From: Oligoflexales bacterium | GTDB taxonomy: Bacteria > Myxococcota_A > UBA9042 > DTJE01 | Reading direction: 5' to 3' | Assembly (NCBI GenBank): GCA_012840965.1 | Contig: DUVQ01000121.1 | Location: 14,907 to 78,906 of the forward strand | DNA length: 64,000 nucleotides | Shown: piece after piece, positions 28,999 through 38,180 of the stretch | Numbering within the stretch: the first letter of the stretch is position 1 | Layout: every line of letters begins with the position of its first letter | Position numbers and translations under genes: made by a program | Notes under the pieces: model-generated | Seen by the model: the letters and a program-made list of their open reading frames with translations, nothing else | Told to the model about the DNA's origin: nothing | Databases searched by the model: none

Positions 28999-29499
28999 AT
29001 GGCCGATGCGCTCGTGCACGAGAAATTAGAGTTTACAGAGCATGTGGTTCACATGGGACGTGTTGCCAAGGTCGTCAAGGGCGGGCGTCGTTTTTCGTTC
29101 GCAGCTCTTGTTGTGATTGGTAACGGTGAGGGACTTGTCGGTTTTGGCCTTGGTAAGGCTCAAGAAGTGTCCGAGGCTATCCGCAAGGGTGGCGAACGTG
29201 CGCGTAAAAACCTGATTCGCGTACCGATTACTGGCACAACTCTGCCCCATGAAGTTAATGGCCGTTATGGTGCCGGTAACGTTATGATACGCCCAGCGTC
29301 TCCAGGTACTGGAGTTATTGCAGGCGGAGCCGTACGTGCAATTTTGGAAGCTGCTGGTGTTAAAGACGTTTTGACTAAATGCGTGGGATCTCGCAATCCT
29401 CATAACGTTGTCAGAGCAACCATTGATGGCCTGCGGCAGTTGACCACCCGCGATGAGGTGCTGGAAAAGCGCGGGCTTATCCAGAGTGAGGTGGAGTAA
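28999..29499 (+). CDS. rpsE: 30S ribosomal protein S5
   Basis: [19 protein letters not shown]...; internal ATG with RBS (the ORF track starts at 28951). Confidence 0.9.
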   Translation: MADALVHEKLEFTEHVVHMGRVAKVVKGGRRFSFAALVVIGNGEGLVGFGLGKAQEVSEAIRKGGERARKNLIRVPITGTTLPHEVNGRYGAGNVMIRPASPGTGVIAGGAVRAILEAAGVKDVLTKCVGSRNPHNVVRATIDGLRQLTTRDEVLEKRGLIQSEVE

Positions 29500-29960
29500 T
29501 GAAGGAACTGTCTTCACTTAAGCCAATTCCTGGCTCAGTCAAACAACGCAAGCGCGTCGGGCGTGGTCCTGGATCCGGAACCGGTAAAACTGCGGCTCGC
29601 GGTCACAAAGGTACAGGTGCGAGGACTGGTAAAGGCCGGCCCGCTCACTTTGAAGGTGGCCAGATGCCTTTGCAGCGCCGCGTACCAAAACGTGGCTTTA
29701 GACCGCTGGATCATAAGGAATTTGCGGTTGTTAACGTTGGGGAATTGGATATTTTTGAAAACGGAACAAAAGTGGATGTTGCTATGTTGGTAACAACTGG
29801 ATTGGTCCGTAAGATTGGATATGGTGTTAAGCTTTTGGGTAATGGAGACATCACTCGCAAGCTGGACATCGTTGTACATGCCTGCAGCGCTACCGCCAGA
29901 GAAAAGGTCGTAGCCGCTGGTGGCACCGTAAGTGTATTAACCGAGGAGACCGGCGCCTAA
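29499..29960 (+). CDS. rplO: 50S ribosomal protein L15 (no L30 gene precedes it)
   Basis: [21 protein letters not shown]. Confidence 0.9.
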   Translation: MKELSSLKPIPGSVKQRKRVGRGPGSGTGKTAARGHKGTGARTGKGRPAHFEGGQMPLQRRVPKRGFRPLDHKEFAVVNVGELDIFENGTKVDVAMLVTTGLVRKIGYGVKLLGNGDITRKLDIVVHACSATAREKVVAAGGTVSVLTEETGA

Positions 29961-29982
29961 GGCGCATGGCGGAGGGAGTTTC

Positions 29983-31317
29983 GTGGCCCACAGCCTGCAA
30001 GGACTTGGAAAAATCCCGGAACTGCGAAAGCGTCTGCTCTATACCTTGGGCATGTTGGCGGTATACCGACTTGGTATTTTCGTCACTGTACCTGGAATAG
30101 ACCGCGAGATTATGTCTAATTTCATCAGATATGGTGAAACTGGCCTGTTAGGCTTGGCAGACATGTTCAGCGGTGGCGCTGTTTCGCAGATGTCAGTTTT
30201 CGCTTTGGGTGTCATGCCCTACATCAGCGCGTCCATCATCTTTCAGCTTTTGGGCGTGGTCATTCCTGCATTGGAACGGCTGCAAAAGGAAGGTGATCAG
30301 GGACGACGCAAGATTAACCAGTACACCAGGTACGCGACGGTTGCACTTTCAATCATCCAGGGTTTTGGTATATCGGTCTGGCTTCAGAGCCTTAACGCTC
30401 AGGCCGGAACGGAACACCTTGTCAGATTGACTGGCTTTACCTTCAAATTCTTGACGGTATTATCCCTTACCTCTGGAACACTTCTGTTGATGTGGATGGG
30501 TGAGCAGATTAGTGATCGTGGAATCGGAAACGGTATCTCCATGATCATTTTTGCCGGTATCGTAGCTCAGCTACCAACCGCTGTGGTTAGGACCTTCGAG
30601 CTTTCCACACTGGCGGGTGGTAAGCTTGCTCCGTTGACCCTGCTTATGATCCTGATCCTCATCATTGTAACCATCGGGATTATCGTGTTCTTTGAAAGGG
30701 CGCAGCGTCGAATCCCAGTGCAGTATGCAAAAAAGGTGGTTGGCAGAAAGCTTTACGGCGGACAGACGACTAGTTTGCCTTTGAAGATCAATACTTCTGG
30801 AGTTATTCCTCCAATTTTTGCATCTTCAATCCTAATGTTCCCGGCCACCATTTCCAACCTGTTTCCTGGAGCTACCTGGGTTATGTGGCTGCAAAGTGCG
30901 CTCATTCCAGGGGAGATGCTCTATAACGTTGTTTATGTTGCGCTGATTGTGTTCTTCACCTTCTTCTACACAGCTGTCACCTTCAACCCAGTTGATGTGG
31001 CTGACAATCTGAAAAAGAACGGTGGATTTGTACCTGGAATCAGGGCAGGTAAGGCTACTGCAGACTATATCGACCGAGTCCTTTCAAGGATTACAGTTGG
31101 TGGTGCAATTTACATTTCCGCCGTCTGCGTGCTGCCAACGATCCTTCAGCAGCAGTTTGGCGTTCCGTTTTATTTCGGTGGAACCTCCTTGTTGATCGTT
31201 GTTGGTGTTGCCCTTGATTTGGTAGCCCAGATCGAGTCCCACCTCATCAGCAGAAACTATGAAGGTTTTGCCGGAGCCCACGGTCCTCGTATGCGCGGGC
31301 GTCGAGACGGTGGTTAG
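29983..31317 (+). CDS. secY: Preprotein translocase subunit SecY
   Basis: 444 aa, 10 transmembrane helices; SecY motifs; GTG start. Confidence 0.95.
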   Translation: MAHSLQGLGKIPELRKRLLYTLGMLAVYRLGIFVTVPGIDREIMSNFIRYGETGLLGLADMFSGGAVSQMSVFALGVMPYISASIIFQLLGVVIPALERLQKEGDQGRRKINQYTRYATVALSIIQGFGISVWLQSLNAQAGTEHLVRLTGFTFKFLTVLSLTSGTLLLMWMGEQISDRGIGNGISMIIFAGIVAQLPTAVVRTFELSTLAGGKLAPLTLLMILILIIVTIGIIVFFERAQRRIPVQYAKKVVGRKLYGGQTTSLPLKINTSGVIPPIFASSILMFPATISNLFPGATWVMWLQSALIPGEMLYNVVYVALIVFFTFFYTAVTFNPVDVADNLKKNGGFVPGIRAGKATADYIDRVLSRITVGGAIYISAVCVLPTILQQQFGVPFYFGGTSLLIVVGVALDLVAQIESHLISRNYEGFAGAHGPRMRGRRDGG

Positions 31318-31384
31318 ACTGAAATTGTTTCTAGGTGTAAAAAAGAGCTTGCATTATTCGACTAAAAGAGTAAACTAACGGACT

Positions 31385-31410
31385 CGCTAAACTAGGGCGT
31401 TTAGCGTTTG
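31385..31410 (+). terminator. Perfect 8 bp hairpin (CGCTAAAC-TAGGGC-GTTTAGCG) followed by TTTG. Possible weak terminator or attenuator between secY and infA.
   Basis: Direct reading. The T-run is short. Confidence 0.3.
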
Positions 31411-31434
31411 CAAGATGTTTGAAAAAAAGGGGGA

Positions 31435-31656
31435 TTGATGCCGAAGGAAGAGGCCATAGAGGTAGAAGGCGTTGTTGTTGAGTCATTGCCAAATGCTACT
31501 TTTAGAGTGGAACTCCAAAACGGGCACCGAGTGCTCGCGACTGTCTGTGGGAAGATGAGGATGAACTTCATCAAAATTCTCCCAGGGGACAAGGTTAAGT
31601 TGGAGCTTACACCGTATGACCTTACCCGGGGCAGAATCACCTTTAGGGTGCGTTGA
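31435..31656 (+). CDS. infA: Translation initiation factor IF-1
   Basis: 73 aa; S1-like IF-1 sequence. Confidence 0.95.
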   Translation: MMPKEEAIEVEGVVVESLPNATFRVELQNGHRVLATVCGKMRMNFIKILPGDKVKLELTPYDLTRGRITFRVR

Positions 31657-31667
31657 GGGAGGCTAAC

Positions 31668-31781
31668 GTGAAGGTAAAAGCGTCGGTCCGAAGGATTTGC
31701 GATAAGTGCAAAATTATTAAACGCCACGGCGTAATTCGAGTGATTTGTGAAAATCCTCGACATAAGCAGCGGCAAGGTTAG
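31668..31781 (+). CDS. rpmJ: 50S ribosomal protein L36 (37 aa). Not in the ORF track because of the length cutoff.
   Basis: GTG start. Translates to [37 protein letters not shown], with a C-x2-C...C-x4-H zinc ribbon. Confidence 0.85.
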   Translation: MKVKASVRRICDKCKIIKRHGVIRVICENPRHKQRQG

Positions 31782-31792
31782 TTGGAGGCGTC

Positions 31793-32164
31793 ATGGCTCG
31801 AATTGCTGGGGTAGACCTTCCTCGAAGGAAGCAGATTGGCATCGCCCTGCGTTACATCTACGGCCTAGGACCAAAGAATTCTCTTGTGGTCTTGGCTCAG
31901 GCCGGTGTTGATGCACGAACCAAAACAGATGATTTGACCGAGGGCGAGGTTGCACGTATTCGTGAAGTGCTCGACAGCGGTGAATTTAAGGTGGAAGGTG
32001 ACCTGCGTCGTGAGGTTTCAGGTAACATCAAGGCTTTGATGGACATGGGATGCTACCGTGGTCTACGTCATCGTCGTGGATTGCCTGTGCGCGGTCAACG
32101 CACCCATACGAACGCCCGGACCCGTAAGGGCCGAAAGGGCACTGCAATCAAGAAGAAGAAGTAA
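31793..32164 (+). CDS. rpsM: 30S ribosomal protein S13
   Basis: [11 protein letters not shown]... Confidence 0.95.
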   Translation: MARIAGVDLPRRKQIGIALRYIYGLGPKNSLVVLAQAGVDARTKTDDLTEGEVARIREVLDSGEFKVEGDLRREVSGNIKALMDMGCYRGLRHRRGLPVRGQRTHTNARTRKGRKGTAIKKKK

Positions 32165-32179
32165 ATAGGAGCTCGATCT

Positions 32180-32569
32180 ATGGCCAGAGCCAAGGTAGTA
32201 GGAAAGAAGAGGGTGCGTAAGGATGTTCCACTGGGGATCGCCTTTATCACATCTTCCTTTAACAACACTATTGTGACCATCACCGACCCGAACGGGAATG
32301 TCGTTTCCTGGTCGTCGGCTGGGCGCCGTGGGTTTAAAGGCTCCCGGAAATCCACACCATTTGCCGCGCAGATGGCCGCTGAAGACGCAGCTAAGAAGGC
32401 GCAAGATAGTGGCATGAGATCCGTCCAGGTCATGGTCCGTGGTCCAGGACAGGGACGCGAGTCTGCAATTAGAGCATTGGCTGCCGCAGGGCTGCGAGTG
32501 AGCTACATCAGAGATGTGACCGCAGTGCCTCATAACGGTTGTCGTCCGCCTAAACGGCGACGGGTCTGA
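32180..32569 (+). CDS. rpsK: 30S ribosomal protein S11
   Basis: 129 aa; S11 sequence. Confidence 0.95.
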   Translation: MARAKVVGKKRVRKDVPLGIAFITSSFNNTIVTITDPNGNVVSWSSAGRRGFKGSRKSTPFAAQMAAEDAAKKAQDSGMRSVQVMVRGPGQGRESAIRALAAAGLRVSYIRDVTAVPHNGCRPPKRRRV

Positions 32570-32583
32570 CGGGAGGTTGTCGC

Positions 32584-33243
32584 GTGGCTAGGTACACCGA
32601 TGCATCATGCCGAATTTGTCGGCGAGAAGGCGTTAAGCTTTATCTTAAAGGCGTACGCTGTGATACAGATAAGTGCTCATTTAACCGGCGTGCTTATGCA
32701 CCTGGCCAGCATGGTCAGGCGCGTAAAAAGGCGACTCCATACAGCATGCAGTTGCGTGAAAAGCAGAAAGTACGTCGTATGTATGGGATGTTAGAACGCC
32801 AGTTTAGGCTGTTTTACGAACGGGCCAATCGGATGAAAGGCCCGACCGGCGACAACCTGCTGCGTCTGTTGGAAACTAGGCTAGACTCCGTGACCTACAA
32901 TGCTGGATTTGGTGTCAGTAGGGCGGAATCGCGGCAGCTGGTTCGCCACGGCCACATCAATGTGAATGGCCAGCGTGTTACCATCCCATCCTATATTGTG
33001 AGGGTTGGTGACGTTATTGAGGTACGCGAGCGCAGCGCCAAGTTACAGCGCGTCATAGATGCTGGGAATTTTGCGGAGCAAAAACGGACGGTGCGGTGGC
33101 TGGAAGTGGATAGAGCCAAGTTCAAGGCCACCGTTTCAGCGCTACCTGAACGCGACGATTTTGACCAGATCCTGCCTGGATCTGAGGATGGAGATCGTCG
33201 TGGGATCAGGGACGAGCTGATCGTTGAATTATATTCCAAGTAG
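32584..33243 (+). CDS. rpsD: 30S ribosomal protein S4
   Basis: MARYTDASCRICRREG...; GTG start. Confidence 0.9.
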   Translation: MARYTDASCRICRREGVKLYLKGVRCDTDKCSFNRRAYAPGQHGQARKKATPYSMQLREKQKVRRMYGMLERQFRLFYERANRMKGPTGDNLLRLLETRLDSVTYNAGFGVSRAESRQLVRHGHINVNGQRVTIPSYIVRVGDVIEVRERSAKLQRVIDAGNFAEQKRTVRWLEVDRAKFKATVSALPERDDFDQILPGSEDGDRRGIRDELIVELYSK

Positions 33244-33279
33244 TACTGCGTTCGTCTCTTTTATGCGGGAGGGTTCAAT

Positions 33280-34335
33280 ATGCATAAGAACTGGCGAGAA
33301 TTGATCCGCCCCAGAGCAATTCTTGTCGATCAGGAATCTCTGACCGATAAGTATGGAAAGTTTACCTGCGAGCCACTTGAGCGCGGTTTTGGTCTGACAC
33401 TTGGTAATGGGCTGCGCCGTGTTTTGTTGTCCAGTATTCGAGGGGCAGCTGTTACCGCGGTTAGAATCGATGGCGTGCTGCACGAGTTTTCCACAGTTCC
33501 TGAAATTGAGGAAGATGTTGCTGAGATTATTTTGAATTTGAAGGCGGTTGACCTGCGGCTTGAGGTTGACGGGCCCAAGACTATTCACGTCAGGCTCGAA
33601 GGTGAACGTGACGTGAAGGCCAAGGATCTTTTCCAGAATCCGGCCGTCACCATTTTTAATCCCGACCTGCATATCTGCTCTATGGGGCCTGGTGCGGTCT
33701 TGGATATCGAGCTTACAATTGCGGCTGGTTTTGGTTATAAGGCCGCTGAAAAGACTGATGAAGACGTGGTGGGAACCATCCCGATGGACGCTATTTACAC
33801 TCCTATTCGGAAGGTAAACTACCGAGTTTCCAACGCTCGTGTTGGTCAGATGACCGACTATGACAAGCTAACCATTGAAGTTTGGACCAATGGTGCTGTA
33901 TCTCCCAGGGATTCAGTGGCTTTGGCCGCAAAGATCCTTAAGGAACAGCTGCAGGTCTTCATTAACTTCCCGGAAGTTGACGAGCCTGTCGAGGTTTATC
34001 CTGCTGTTGCGGTTGAGGATGAAGTTGTGGATTCGCCTGTTCAGACAGCCGAAAACACCCTTCATGAGTCGCTTTATCGTTTGGTCGAGGAATTAGACCT
34101 TTCCGTTAGGGCTCAAAACTGCCTGCAAAGTGCCGGTGTTCGTTACGTCGGTGATCTGGTCCAAAAGACCGAGCAAGAAATGTTGAAGATCAGGAACTTT
34201 GGTCGAAAGTCGTTAAAGGAAATCAAGGATGCTCTTGGCGGTATGGGACTGTCTTTGGGTATGAGAATCGAGGGATTTGCCCCAGAAAAGCGCGTACTTA
34301 GCGAGGCTGCCTTGGCTGAAAAGCGTGGCCAGTAG
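33280..34335 (+). CDS. rpoA: DNA-directed RNA polymerase alpha subunit
   Basis: 351 aa; N-terminal and C-terminal domains recognisable. Confidence 0.95.
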   Translation: MHKNWRELIRPRAILVDQESLTDKYGKFTCEPLERGFGLTLGNGLRRVLLSSIRGAAVTAVRIDGVLHEFSTVPEIEEDVAEIILNLKAVDLRLEVDGPKTIHVRLEGERDVKAKDLFQNPAVTIFNPDLHICSMGPGAVLDIELTIAAGFGYKAAEKTDEDVVGTIPMDAIYTPIRKVNYRVSNARVGQMTDYDKLTIEVWTNGAVSPRDSVALAAKILKEQLQVFINFPEVDEPVEVYPAVAVEDEVVDSPVQTAENTLHESLYRLVEELDLSVRAQNCLQSAGVRYVGDLVQKTEQEMLKIRNFGRKSLKEIKDALGGMGLSLGMRIEGFAPEKRVLSEAALAEKRGQ

Positions 34336-34362
34336 GTTACCTGCTGTTGTGAGGAAATTGGA

Positions 34363-34743
34363 ATGCGTCACAATAAAAGAACTTTGAAGCTTGGCAGAAC
34401 AGCTGCTCATAGAAGAGCGTTATTTCGCAACCTTCTGTCTTCGCTTTTTGTACATGGGCATGTCACCACTACCGACGTCAAGGCGAAGGAAGTGAAGCGT
34501 CGTGCTGACATTTTGATTGGCTGGGCTCGTAAAGGCGATTTGCACCATCGTAGGCTTGCTGCCAGGCAGTTGTTTGGTGCTGACGCAGTGCAGCAGTTGT
34601 TTGACCATTGGGGCAAAAGCTTTCCCGACCGTATCAGCGGCTTTACTAGATCCGTTAAGATTGGACAGCGTTCAGGCGATGGCGCTCCCATGAGTTTGGT
34701 CGAGATTATTGTTGATTCACCTGCGAAATCTGCTGGTGAATAA
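34363..34743 (+). CDS. rplQ: 50S ribosomal protein L17
   Basis: MRHNKRTLKLGRTAAHRRALFRNL... Confidence 0.95.
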   Translation: MRHNKRTLKLGRTAAHRRALFRNLLSSLFVHGHVTTTDVKAKEVKRRADILIGWARKGDLHHRRLAARQLFGADAVQQLFDHWGKSFPDRISGFTRSVKIGQRSGDGAPMSLVEIIVDSPAKSAGE

Positions 34744-34785
34744 AAGATTCTTTGGTATATAATTCGTCGCCTTTGTTCTTTAGAT

Positions 34786-34859
34786 TCGGGGATCGTCTAA
34801 CGGTAGGACTGCAGACTCTGGATCTGCCTGTCGGGGTTCGAATCCCTGTCCCCGAACCA
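34786..34859 (+). tRNA. tRNA-Gln (anticodon CTG)
   Basis: Cloverleaf folded by hand: acceptor TCGGGGA/TCCCCGA, anticodon stem GCAGA/TCTGC with loop CTCTGGA, T-loop TTCGAAT, encoded CCA. Confidence 0.7.
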
Positions 34860-34890
34860 AGGCCTATTCGGCCTGTTCGTTTTGCTCTTT

Positions 34891-34966
34891 GGTCCATTAG
34901 TCTAATCGGTTAGGACACAGGCCTCTCAAGCCTGGAGCACGGGTTCGAATCCCGTATGGACCACCA
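34891..34966 (+). tRNA. tRNA-Glu (anticodon CTC)
   Basis: Acceptor GGTCCAT/ATGGACC, anticodon stem CAGGC/GCCTG with loop CTCTCAA, T-loop GGTTCGAATCC, encoded CCA. Confidence 0.7.
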
Positions 34967-34977
34967 TGCCCTTTAGT

Positions 34978-36039
34978 TTAGCTGGCCGTTTTCGTCGAAG
35001 TGTCGGGATTTTCCAAGAAATGATAGCCGTCGTCGTCTGGGCGATGAACACCCTTTTCCGTAATTATTGCGGTAATCAACTGCCATGGGGTGACATCAAA
35101 GGAAGGGTTGATGACCTTTACTCCATCAGCCGCGATTCTATGAGACCCATAATGGGTGACCTCTTCTGACATTCGCTGTTCAATCGGGATTTTGCTGCCA
35201 TCTTCAATGCTTAAGTCTAATGTCGACGATGGTGCGGCTACGTAAAAGGGGATGTTGTGACGCTTTGCCAGCACCGCATGCGTGTAGGTGCCGATTTTAT
35301 TGGCGGTGTCACCGTTTGCTGCTATTCGATCCGCCCCAACAACGATTGCGTCAATCACCCCATTGGCCATCAAGTGGCCTGCTGCGTTATCGGTGATTAA
35401 CGTGGTATCAAACCCATCATGGACCAATTCCCAGACAGTCAAGCGGGCGCCTTGCAGGTACGGCCTTGTCTCGCAGGAAATCACCTTGATTGAGCGGCCT
35501 GCCTCCCTAGCACCACGAATGACTCCAAGTGCGGTTCCAAAGCCGCCTGTGGCAAGGGCTCCAGCGTTGCAGTGGGTCATTACAGTGGCACCGTCAGGTA
35601 TAAGCACACCGCCGTGGGTGCCGATTGCTCGGTTCATCGCAATGTCTTCGTCTAGGATGGCCTCGGCCTCTCGATAAAGGCGTTTGCGCATCGATTCAGC
35701 CGTGTAATCGCTAGGCCAGTTTTCAGCCACCTGAAGCATTCGATCAACGGCCCATTTCAGGTTGACAGCCGTTGGGCGTGATGCCACCAGAATGTCTGCA
35801 ACCTTGTGTAATTCCTTTAAAAAGTCTTCCTTGTTGTCAGGGCAAAGGCTGGAATGAACTGCCAAACCCATAGCAGCCGCAATTCCAATGGCCGGAGCAC
35901 CTCGTACAACCATGTCTTTGATGGCTTTTGCGACCGCTGGCCCGTCATTGAACTTAAGATAAGTTTCGCTAGCTGGCAAAAGACGCTGATCAAGTAAAAC
36001 TACTCGATGTCCCTTCATTGAAACTGGCTTTATGGCCAT
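34978..36039 (-). CDS. mtnA: S-methyl-5-thioribose-1-phosphate isomerase (MtnA, eIF-2B-like family)
   Basis: ETRPYLQGARLTVWEL...GADRIAANGDTANKIGTY...PFYVAAPSST. Confidence 0.75.
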   Translation of the reverse strand: MAIKPVSMKGHRVVLLDQRLLPASETYLKFNDGPAVAKAIKDMVVRGAPAIGIAAAMGLAVHSSLCPDNKEDFLKELHKVADILVASRPTAVNLKWAVDRMLQVAENWPSDYTAESMRKRLYREAEAILDEDIAMNRAIGTHGGVLIPDGATVMTHCNAGALATGGFGTALGVIRGAREAGRSIKVISCETRPYLQGARLTVWELVHDGFDTTLITDNAAGHLMANGVIDAIVVGADRIAANGDTANKIGTYTHAVLAKRHNIPFYVAAPSSTLDLSIEDGSKIPIEQRMSEEVTHYGSHRIAADGVKVINPSFDVTPWQLITAIITEKGVHRPDDDGYHFLENPDTSTKTAS

Positions 36040-36047
36040 TAGCCCCC

Positions 36048-37964
36048 CTAGTCGACCTTTTGAATCTTGCGTTGCAACAGCTGTAGTTCCTCTTCGGAGT
36101 ATGGAATTTTTCCTGCAAAGTAGTCTTTGTCGTAGCTATAGACATCGGCAAAAAACATGCCTCGCCCCTTGTCGTCAACCCCAGCGGAGTTGTATTCAAT
36201 GAAGATCGGAACAGGTGTTTTTAGTCTGATGTCTTTTGGTTCTTCCTTAGCCAGAAAGTGGTTTACCCTCGCCTCAGAGACATCATTTAAGCGCTCAAGC
36301 AGGAAATTGGCGACCTTGAAGGGGTCTTGAAGGCGGATGCATCCATGCGAAAATGCGCGAATCTCACGGTCAAAGATTCTTTTATTGTTGGTATCGTGCA
36401 TGAAAATCCCAAACGAGTTTGGAAACACGAATTTGACCCTACCAAGCGCATTACTATCACCAGAGTCCTGGTACATGACTTCTCGACCATCTGGCAAAAC
36501 CTTGACTACAAAGTTTTGCTTCTGGAAGTAGGTGGGATCGTTTAAAAGCTCATAGTCGAGCTCCAATTTCTTAATCCTTGCGGGCACATGCCATCTTGGG
36601 TTGATGGAAATAACTGTCAACTCAGCTGTAAACAACTTGGTCCTGTTCAAACGGCCTTCAATCTGGTTGTCAGGATCGACGTCCCAACGGTTATTTCCGA
36701 CGATGACACGATTTTTCAGCACCATTTCCTGGTCGGCCCAAACCTCCATCTTAAACTCTGGAATGTTGATCCTTATGTAGGTTGGCTCTTCATGGCGGAT
36801 CTCTGTTTCACGCCATCTTTGCAGTGAAAGTTCAAGCTGCTGGATTCTGGTCTCTACTGGGACGTTCAACGAGGCAAGGTGCCTAGCCTCAACCAAGCCG
36901 TCTTCATTGAAACCGTGGGTGCCTTGATAGGCCTTTACAGCATCCACAACCTCTTGATTAAACACCTCAACTATTTCACCTTCCCAGTAACCTTCCTGTG
37001 CTAGGCGCTGCACCAACTCTTCAACGGCCTGTCCTTTAGCCCCCTTTTTAAGCTCTCTTTTACCAAGGGTTAAAAAACCGCCGTTTGCCTGGATTTGTCG
37101 ATAAAAAGCAAGTGCTTCCACCGTCTTAGCATAGTTCGGGTGCACAGGAAGCAACGCCTTTAACCCAGCTTCAGGCTCTGCCCCAAAATCTGCAAAGGCC
37201 TGTACCAAAGGTTCATGCTGCCTACGTACTGCTGCCCAGAAACTGGGGTGGGCCTTGAATGGCTGAGCCTTAATCCAGAACTTCATGTCCATGGCATATC
37301 TAAAGAAGGCCTCGGATGCAGCTACATCTAGGTTAATCCTGGCTTCCAACAGGGCCTTTTTCTTGGCGGCATATTCTTGAAGGCTGGTCGCAAGTTCATC
37401 TGCTTTTGGCTCGGTGAATTTCTTTAACTCGCCATCATCCGCCAAAGCTTCGACCTGTTCTAAAGTAGGCGCCTCTTTTTGAGTTATCAGCCTTTCTAGG
37501 GCCTTCCATTCAGGAATGGCGAAAAGTTCAGCCTTTGCAGCCTCGAAATCACGGTTGAGGTCGCCGATAGTACCAACGATTTCATCCATTGTTTCAAAGG
37601 GATACTCATCTTTTGATATGGCGTGGGCATCTAAAGTATTCAAAACCTCACGCAGTACTTTGAAAGCATTGGATGGGCCATCTGGCAAGGAAAACAAAAA
37701 TTCGCCACCCCTAGCCTCAACTGTGGCCGCCATGGCAGTCTTGTATCGTTCAACCTTGCCTGCCTTGGCAATAAAAGTTTCCTTGTCGCTGTCATCAATC
37801 CACGAATACTTGCTGTGTAAGGGCAAAAGGACCGAAAGCAATGCCTCGGGTTCCATTTTTGGTGCCTTTGGTTGCTTTTGGACTCCATCTTCCGTTGGTT
37901 TTGTTGTAAAGGAACAGCCGGCAAGGCTAATCACAAATAGAATTAAAAAAGACCGTTTAATCAC
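36048..37964 (-). CDS. L,D-transpeptidase (YkuD catalytic domain; YcbB/LdtD-like with a PG-binding domain), lipoprotein
   Basis: 638 aa. Lipobox LAGCS. Catalytic SHGCIRL. PG_binding-like segment AYQGTHGFNEDG. Confidence 0.7.
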   Translation of the reverse strand: MIKRSFLILFVISLAGCSFTTKPTEDGVQKQPKAPKMEPEALLSVLLPLHSKYSWIDDSDKETFIAKAGKVERYKTAMAATVEARGGEFLFSLPDGPSNAFKVLREVLNTLDAHAISKDEYPFETMDEIVGTIGDLNRDFEAAKAELFAIPEWKALERLITQKEAPTLEQVEALADDGELKKFTEPKADELATSLQEYAAKKKALLEARINLDVAASEAFFRYAMDMKFWIKAQPFKAHPSFWAAVRRQHEPLVQAFADFGAEPEAGLKALLPVHPNYAKTVEALAFYRQIQANGGFLTLGKRELKKGAKGQAVEELVQRLAQEGYWEGEIVEVFNQEVVDAVKAYQGTHGFNEDGLVEARHLASLNVPVETRIQQLELSLQRWRETEIRHEEPTYIRINIPEFKMEVWADQEMVLKNRVIVGNNRWDVDPDNQIEGRLNRTKLFTAELTVISINPRWHVPARIKKLELDYELLNDPTYFQKQNFVVKVLPDGREVMYQDSGDSNALGRVKFVFPNSFGIFMHDTNNKRIFDREIRAFSHGCIRLQDPFKVANFLLERLNDVSEARVNHFLAKEEPKDIRLKTPVPIFIEYNSAGVDDKGRGMFFADVYSYDKDYFAGKIPYSEEELQLLQRKIQKVD

Positions 37965-38180
37965 CCTTTAACCCTCGTCGTCAGGGACAAGGATTCTATA
38001 GTCACAGCGCTAGTTGGTCAAACGCGGGCGAGTGCACCAGGATTATGTATGGTTAAATAGGGTGTTAAGCTTGATTGACAAAGATTCGCCGAGTCGCTAG
38101 CCTTCGCTGTATTTGTTTTTCTTTACCACATGGTAACAGCGCTTTTGAGCCGGAGTTTTGCCGTAACAAGGGGAAAGATA

